NCBI GenBank assembly: GCA_951406725.2
Contig: OX597820.1
Coordinates: 79,856,001 to 79,920,000 of the forward strand
Reading direction: 5' to 3'
Source of the DNA: Octopus vulgaris
Lineage: Eukaryota
Length of the DNA: 64,000 nucleotides
The notes under the pieces: model-generated
Seen by the model: the letters and a program-made list of their open reading frames with translations, nothing else
Databases searched by the model: none
What the model was told of the DNA's origin: nothing
Position numbers and translations under genes: made by a program
Shown here: piece by piece, positions 54,998 to 64,000 of the stretch
Numbering within the stretch: the stretch's first letter is position 1
Layout: every line of letters starts with the position of its first letter

Positions 54998-55048
54998 GCA
55001 TTCTGAAGAGATTTACTTAAACCAGTAAATCGAAACGATCGTAAATGC
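54998..55048 (+). ncRNA. Canonical-core minimal type I hammerhead ribozyme
   Basis: GCAUU | CUGAAGA | GAUUUACU-UAAACC-AGUAAAUC | GAAA | CGAUCG | UA | AAUGC. Perfect 5-bp helix I, 8-bp helix II, palindromic helix III and a GUA site. Confidence 0.85.
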
Positions 55049-55132
55049 TTCCTTCTTTGTTATCTATTTAATTAAAGACATACCAGCGAAAACTACGAGT
55101 TTCCCATTGTTATTATATCCATTTTCTTCTCC

Positions 55133-55184
<52 letters not shown>

Positions 55185-55194
55185 AATATATATG

Positions 55195-55288
<94 letters not shown>

Positions 55289-55689
55289 GAAGTGTGTGAG
55301 TTCCTAACCGTACTTACTCTTCCTTGTGACTCTTTTATTTTTTTACTTTTTACTTTTTGTATATATATATATGCATGTATGGGTATAGGACGTCATCAAC
55401 TGTGCAAGTAACATGAAAGACATGAAAACAGGACAAGTAAACACAGAGAAAGGACCCTTCATCAGTTGTCAGCCGTCTATCTACTTCTAATTTCGAGCAT
55501 TCAACGACAATATGAGTCTTCAATGACAATTGCTCCCATAAATTCTTGAATAAAATTTAGTATTTATGGAGTGTCAAAGTTGGGAACAAAAACAGGATAG
55601 TGGAGACATATATATATATATATTCTTTTATTCTTCTATATGTTTTTAGCCCTAAGGCTGTGGCCATGCTGGGACATCGCCAGTGTAAT

Positions 55690-56283
55690 CACCTTTTTGT
55701 TGGCAAGCTCTGTGATTGACATTTAGTGAAGGAGGGAATTTTACAACGCTGCCCACGTTTGAGTTTCCTGCCTTGAGATTGGTTCATCTGGGATCTTGGA
55801 TAGGAAGAGGTTATGTTCTTTTTTCAAAACATCTACCCCCACTCCATGGAGATCCCTCAGATATTTTGGCAAGGAGTTAAATAGCTTTGGAGCCCTTGAA
55901 TCCCAAGCTATTGCAGTACAGGGTCCTCAGCTTAGATGGGACAGCTGGGATTTTGGAACAGTGCAGTGACGTCCAATTCGAGGTCTGGTATAACTCTTAA
56001 TTCCAAAGTTTGGTGCCACCTCTTCCAGTAGCTTCCATACATATATCACTGCATACCTCTCCCGTCTTCGCTCCAGCTAGTAGAGTCGTAGCTCTTTCAG
56101 TCTCTCCCAGTAGCTAAGCTGTTCCATTGATGTAATCTTCCTCGTATAGTATCTCTAAACTGTGCCTCAAGTTCTGCTATTAATCCGACACTGTAATGCG
56201 ACCAAAGTTGAGAACAGTCGTCCAGACGACTGAGGACAAATGTCCTCCATAGAACCAGCATCGTTTCCTGGTTCCTTGTTCTG
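55690..56283 (-). mobile_element. 3' fragment of a CR1/L2-like LINE ORF2
   Basis: RTRNQETMLVLWRTFVLSRLDDCSQLWS...ELEA, then frameshifted LSYWERLKELRLY*LERRRERY, typical of post-RT regions of CR1-group LINEs. Confidence 0.75.
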
Positions 56284-56435
56284 TATACATAGACATATAC
56301 ACACATAAACACGTATAAACACACTCACACCCACGCACACATATATGTAAGTGCGTGTATATCTATGTGTGTATATGTGTTAGATTGTCAATTGTATTTC
56401 TCTATTTAATTTATTGTTCGTTTGTGTGTGTATAT

Positions 56436-56467
<32 letters not shown>

Positions 56468-56480
56468 GTATATATTAGTA

Positions 56481-56527
<47 letters not shown>

Positions 56528-57513
56528 ATATATATGTATATATGTATATATCCATTACTGAAGATTTTTAACTACACGATTCAATCACAAGAGTAATTTT
56601 TATTCACTGTGACATCGTCATCTTAAACTGCGAGATTGGATAGCATTTGTTTTCGTTCCTGTTTATACTTCTGTAAATAAAAATGTCACACAAATATTTG
56701 CAACACTACTCTCTTCAGACACAACAGTAAAAACATTTCTCTAAATTATAACTCTAATCCGGCGTCAGTCGTATTAAGCTTATTTCAATATCCTTGAAAT
56801 TTTCTGATAATGAATGTAACCTGAAGGCTTTTACGTGGCTAAGTTACGTGAACATAATACCTGATTTCTTTACAAGTTCCTACGCCGCCTTTCAGTGTTT
56901 GCTATTTATTTTAAATGTATTTACTGAACGAATGAGTACTATTTAACGAATAAAAGACACAAAGGCAACATATTAGAAAATTTAACACAAACTGGGAATC
57001 AAATGTGTAAACAGCAAGCCTGGAAGTGGTCTTCCTGTCAGTATGTAAATAGATCATAAATTGTTCATATATATATAAATCTGAACACACACTGTATGAT
57101 ACTTTCATTGAAGTAACGAACAAACACACCAGTTAGTTTAGCCATCTCTTCTGAAGATATGATGAAATGGAACTGGCATTCATTAGCAATTTTGTTCAAC
57201 AGATTTATAGGTTTTCAGTCTGCTGGACACAGTAAGTAAATCTTCCGAAATTCACAACTTGCCGTCTTAGCTAAAGGCTATATTGACCAATACACGCATG
57301 CGTGTACTGGTCAATCACATCGTCTGCATATGTATATATGCAGACGATGTGATTGTTTTGAATGGGGTGACTTTTATCACTTGTCGCATTCGACTGCGGC
57401 TCTTATAAAATATCTATGATGCTTACTTCGACCCTATGGAAAAAAGGTCCTCGAACAAATTTTCCACAAATCATTCTAGCGCCTTCAATTGGAAAAAGAA
57501 GACCCATTAGAAT

Positions 57514-57563
<50 letters not shown>

Positions 57564-58173
57564 CGCGCATTTATATTTGTATTCTTTTACTTGCTTCAGT
57601 CATTTGACTGCGGCCATGCTGGAACATCGCCTTAAAGGGTTTTAATTGAACAAATCGACCCCAGGACTTATTCTTTGTAAGCCCAGTACTTATTCTATCA
57701 GTATCTTTTGCCGAACCGTTAAATTACGAGGTCATAAACTCACCAGCATCTGTTGTCAAGCGATCGTAGTGGTGGTGGTGGTGGAACAAGCAGAGACCAC
57801 ACACACACACACACACACACATATATGTATATGTTATCTCTGTTTGTCTCCCCCACCCCACCATCGCTTGACAAAACTGTCCGACGAACGGGAACGTGAA
57901 ACTCTGAGTAACACTTTTGTTATATTTCTGCAGCTTTTAAATAAAGCATATTACTCTACCTCTGGTAATTGAGCACTCTCTTTTCCACCTTGTTTCACAT
58001 TTATGTGCTTAGCCACTACACACATTTTTTGCTCTCCTTGTTTTTTCTCTGTCCCTTTCTGTAGAAGTGCGTAGGCTCGAAACGTAAAATACTTTTTCTA
58101 TTCCTGAGCGTTATACTAATACATCTGTTTGTTTTGTACACCACCTGTCTTCGTCTTTTGTTTTTTTCGTAAA

Positions 58174-58226
<53 letters not shown>

Positions 58227-58254
58227 CTCTCTCTCTCTATATTTTTTTTTTCGT

Positions 58255-58331
<77 letters not shown>

Positions 58332-59948
58332 TTATATATATACGACGGACTTATTTCAGTTTCCGTCTACCAAATCCACTCACAAGGCTTTTGTCAGCCC
58401 GAGACTATAGTAGAAGACACTTGCCTAAGGAATTGAACCCGAAACCATGTGGTTGGTAAGCAAGCTTCCTACCACACAGCCACGCCTGTATGTATTTTAT
58501 GATTTCGTTTAGGAATATCGAAATTAATAAGTCGTGGCTAAATCTCAGTATACATAAAATTAGAATAAAGCATTCGGCAAGAAATGAGCGTAATAAACTT
58601 TTTGAATGACAATGGATCCGGTGTTACGTATTCAAATTTCATTAGTTTATAACTGTTTCTACTATAAGAAGCAACGCTCTCAGACCTGAGTGCTTGTGCA
58701 CCATATTATAGCTTCCCCGGAGCCTTTGACGATTAGATACAAAGATATGCAATTCATACATTTATTCAAATGAATAGCAGAAAGATTCACGGATGACTTT
58801 GTTTCCTAATAAAAACGCACTGACACACGTGCGCGCGCACACACACATAACTAGTTCAAAGGAGAAATATTTTAATTAATCTAGATTGCTGTAATTTAGT
58901 ACATGGAAAAATCTTTTGTTTTTCCGGAAGATGGTGACATACGTGACTTTGCTGAAATTTCTTCTTTAAGCTATAGACAGGAATATAAAGCAAAACAACA
59001 ACAAACTAACAATAAGATATCCGCAAGCACTGTAAAACTTAAAGAAAAGAGTTACTAATTGAAAAAGTATTTTATTTACGGTAATTATGGAAAATAACAG
59101 TTTCATTTTAAGAAATAGTAGGTTTTCGTGAAAATTGCTTGAAACAATACGAGTAAATTGTACTTAAATTTTCCTATATATCTATTTTACGTCTGCGCAC
59201 ATTGAACGGTCCCATCTATATTTCAGATTCAAGAATTCTGAGCGAATCAAAATTGCTAAAGTCAATTTATCTTAAACTACGGCGAGTTCTTGTGGTTATG
59301 TTTATATTATGTATTAATGGATATAGGCAGACCCGAGTACATATGCATGCATATATACATACATACATGCATACATACATATATACATACATACATACAT
59401 ACACGCATGCATACATACATACATACATACATGCATACATACATACATACATACATACATACAGACAAACAGACAGACAAGCAGACAGACAGACAGATAG
59501 TCAGACATACATGCATACATACATGAATACGTACATAAAGACATACATACAGACATTCATGCATACATACATACAGACAGACAGACTTGTAGAAATGCAT
59601 ACATACACACAAACATACAAATATACATATTGACAGACATACATACAGAGAGACATACACACGCATGCGTCTTTGGCACTCCGTTGATTGCCAGTTGATT
59701 CGATCAACGGAACAATTTGCTCATGAAATTGAGGTGCAAGTGACCAAGCACTCCACAGACATGTGTACCCTTAACGTAATTCTCAGGGGGATTCAGCGTG
59801 ACACAGAGTGTGAGTGGTGAGTGGACTGAAGCAACATGGAATAAATGGTCTTGCTCAAGGAAACAACGCGCCACTGGAAATTGAACTTACAGTCGTGATC
59901 CGAATCTATATATATATATATGTATGTATGTATGTATATTTATATATG

Positions 59949-60005
<57 letters not shown>

Positions 60006-60014
60006 ATATATATA

Positions 60015-60092
<78 letters not shown>

Positions 60093-60931
60093 TACATACA
60101 TACATACATACATACATGCATACATATATATAACGGGAAGGTTTACGAAAATAAACAAAAGACGAAGGCAGGTGGAGTACAAACAAACAAATGTATTAGT
60201 ATGGCGCTCAGGAATAGAAATAGAACAAGTCTTTTACGTTTCGAGTCTACGCTCTTCGACAGAAAGATACACAGAAAAAAAAAACAAGGAGAGAAACAAG
60301 GAGAGAAAAAAATGCGTGTAGGAGCTAACGGTCTATCATGGCGTCCATACATATATATATGTATACATACATACATATATATATATGTATACATACACAC
60401 ATTTAGAATATATACACATATACACGCACATAAACATGCATAGTTAAACTATGAATACTCATTTACATATTTATAATGTGTGTATGTGTCCTACCGCCGC
60501 TTGACAATCGGTGTTGTTTGTTTACGACCCCGTAACTTAGAGGTTCGGCAAAGAAGATCGGGTTCGTTCCTAGCAAGTGGAACCACATTCTAAGTTATAA
60601 CGTCGACTAGTATTTTGCAAGTGAATTTTGGTTGACGGAAACTTTGGAGACTCAGCAAATACCTTTGAACACACAAACGCATAGACACACAGACGCATAC
60701 ACACACAAACACACACATATACACACACGAATAAATATGTATATAGATATATGAATGTGAGTGTGTGTATGCTTTGTAAGTGTTTTGCACTTTTGCAATT
60801 CGACACAAGAGATCGATAACAAAAGTGTTAGACGTAAAATGGGTGGTAAGATCGATACATGGTGTTAATGATTTGAAGACAGTGTTCCGTCTGAGTCGCG
60901 TGTAGCGAGTAAATGAAACATAACTCACACA

Positions 60932-61041
<110 letters not shown>

Positions 61042-61560
61042 CTCTCTCCTTCTCACACACTCACGCACTCAAACACATCATAAAAGTTTGCAATTTCATG
61101 TATATTGCTTTAGAAAGTGAACGGATGTGTAAACATTTCGTTATTCTCATCAGAAACCGAAAAAATAAGGGTATTGTCCTGATAAGATTTCCTTGCTGAT
61201 TAACCATTCCTCAGAAGATAAGAACCCGAACCCATCGACCAATCCAGCCAACAACGAAAACTTTATCGCAAAAACTAATTAAATTAATCACAAGCGAGTA
61301 ATTAACTGAAAAGCCCAGACTAAAGTTACATATTATACATAAATAGTTTCATAACCTAACAACATACATCGGAGAATCCATGAAGTGTGAAATATTACAA
61401 GCTAAGTTTATAACACGTACTCGGTGACGCGATATCTATATGTTTCACAGACTGCAATATATATATTTGCTCGGAGGTGTGCTTCAGCAAAAAGGTGCAC
61501 TTAACATTCTTAAAATTATGAATTATTTTAAGATTCGTCAAAAATGTAAAAAGGTGAATG

Positions 61561-61641
<81 letters not shown>

Positions 61642-61746
61642 AGAAAGATAGAGCAAGAGAGAGTTAATCTCTTGATATATGATCTAGAGGAAATATGTTT
61701 GGGCATACCTTGTACAAAATTACTTCCATAAATATATATTCTATTC

Positions 61747-61799
<53 letters not shown>

Positions 61800-61803
61800 A
61801 ATA

Positions 61804-62185
61804 CTAGCAGTATCGCCCGGCGTTGCTCAGGTTTGTAAGGGAAATAACTATAAAGCATCTTTAGAGAGTTATAGCCAAAAAATAGCAAAAAAATGGAAAA
61901 AAATGATGGTAAATTTTTTTTTGAGAGTAAAAAAAGGTTGAGTTGCGTCCCCTAGACAGTCTGTGGTTTGTTTTTTTTATTCTCGATCCCATGTCGAATT
62001 TATCGATTTTTTTCAGAACTGGGGAACTTTTCAAAATTTTCGCTGCGTTAGTTTTGAATTATGACATTGGGCTATGCGTGTGTCAAGTTTCATCAGAAGC
62101 GGTTGAAAGCCGTGGTCAGGGTGAGGGTACGAGAAAACAGACACACAGAAACACGCACAGACAAACTGCCGTTTATATATAGAGA
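61804..62185 (-). mobile_element. Non-autonomous Helitron (shares its 3' end with 29108-29514)
   Basis: The minus strand starts TCTCTATATATAAAC and ends CCTGAGCAACGCCGGGCGATACTGCTAG|T. Confidence 0.78.
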
Positions 62186-62205
62186 TATATATACATATAC
62201 ATATA

Positions 62206-62255
<50 letters not shown>

Positions 62256-62762
62256 CATATATAGGCGCAGGGGTGGTTGTGTGGTAAGTAGCTTGCTTAC
62301 CAACCACATGGTTTCGGGTTCAGTCCCACTGCGGGGCACATTGGGCAAGTGTCTTCTTCTATAACCTATGAGTGGATTTAGTAGAAAGAAGTCCATCGTA
62401 TGTATATATATATGTCTGTGTGTCTGTATTTGTCCCCAACATCGCTTCACAACCGTCACGGCAAGTACTAGGCTTACAAAAAGTAAGTCCTGGTATCGAT
62501 TTGCTCGACTATAGGCGCTGCTCCACCATGGCCGCAGTCAAATGACTGAAACAAATAAAAGAATAAAAGAATACACACACACACACATATATTGAACGTT
62601 TGATGTTGAAGCACACACACGTACACCCCCACCCACAAACCCACGCACACACACACGTGTGTGTGTATAATATGGAGAATATTATAAGCACACATGCACT
62701 TGCCCAAGGTGCCATATACTGATAGCCCACAATAATGTGGTGGACAAACTCAGACACACAAA

Positions 62763-62807
<45 letters not shown>

Positions 62808-62809
62808 AA

Positions 62810-62842
<33 letters not shown>

Positions 62843-63703
62843 CATTCGACGGGCTTTTTTCAGTTTCCGTGTGCCAAATCCACTCACAATGCTTTGGTTG
62901 GCCCGAGTCTATAGTAGAAGACACTTGCCGAAGGTGCCACACAGTGGGATTGAACCTGGAACTGTGTGGTTGGTAAGCAAGCTACTTACCACACAGCCAT
63001 ATATTTTTAAACTGTTTCAGGTTCATTCTGGAGCAATATATATATAATTCAACTTACATTGAAATTCAACAAAGTTTGCATTAGAAGAGTTGAGATGTAT
63101 TGAATGATACAGATAAGGAAATAATTTTATTCTCAAACACAGGTTAATACTAATAATATAACACGAACAAGATAAACTATCCATATTTTGCAGAAAAATC
63201 TCTTAGCGGCCAGCCATGAGACACGAATCACATCCCTGTGATTGCGCGTCAAGTGCTGTACCATTAAGCTAAACTGCCTCAACGACAAATTCTTCTGCAA
63301 ATTTAGAATATATATATCTGGCTTTATTAGACGCTATCGTACGTTAAATTCAACTTACGTTGAAAGTCAACAAAGTTTGCTTTAGAAGCGTTGAGATGTA
63401 TTGAAACATAAAGATAAAGAAATAATCTTATTCTCGAATGAAAAATATAAGAAAATGTTTAAAAGAGGGAAGCAATACTGGGCTACTCATGGAGAGCCCA
63501 CGAAAAGTTCACAAGCGTCACGACCACTAGTGCAACAACCCTCTCCCCATATTTCTCTCTCTCTCAACATCTCATGCTCAAAGTAGGCCCGTTGACATGG
63601 GCCATTATTTCTTCATTTTGTTCGTATCATACAATACACATTTTGACGCTTATAATAAAAATAAATGTAAGTTTGTTTATATTTATGCACACACACAAAC
63701 ACA

Positions 63704-63817
<114 letters not shown>

Positions 63818-63934
63818 AATTAGAAAAAAATCACCTTTTATCAATTCAATAATGAAAAATTACATATAAAAAGATTAAATATAAGATAAAACATATAATG
63901 ATGATTAAGTAATGTGCAAAATAATAAATAGAAC

Positions 63935-64000
<66 letters not shown>

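Overview
Eukaryotic, AT-rich and very repeat-dense genomic DNA. It is packed with (TA)n, (CA)n, (GA)n, (TATG)n and (AAT)n microsatellites and tRNA-derived SINEs. The repeat landscape resembles an octopus-type cephalopod genome, which is an inference from recognising the repeats. Most ORFs in the track are microsatellite artefacts. The real protein-coding signals are: (1) a nearly intact, full-length Tx1/L1-type LINE at 2638-8006, with a zinc-knuckle ORF1, an APE-RT-CCHC ORF2 carrying one in-frame stop, and a 17-bp TSD; (2) degenerate Penelope-like, Tc1/mariner, RTE-like and CR1-like fragments; (3) the first coding exon of an opsin-like class A GPCR at 45836-46047. The most notable observation is that the LINE sits sense-wise inside a young 362-bp tandem/inverted repeat whose unit encodes a minimal type I hammerhead ribozyme with a U3-A8 core variant. 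Predicted self-cleavage sites bracket the LINE, which has no poly(A) tail. Several other unrelated hammerhead-bearing repeats occur in the window, including a tRNA-headed SINE with a hammerhead tail. There are also two non-autonomous Helitrons and two large inverted duplications. All structures were derived by eye and none was computed or searched.
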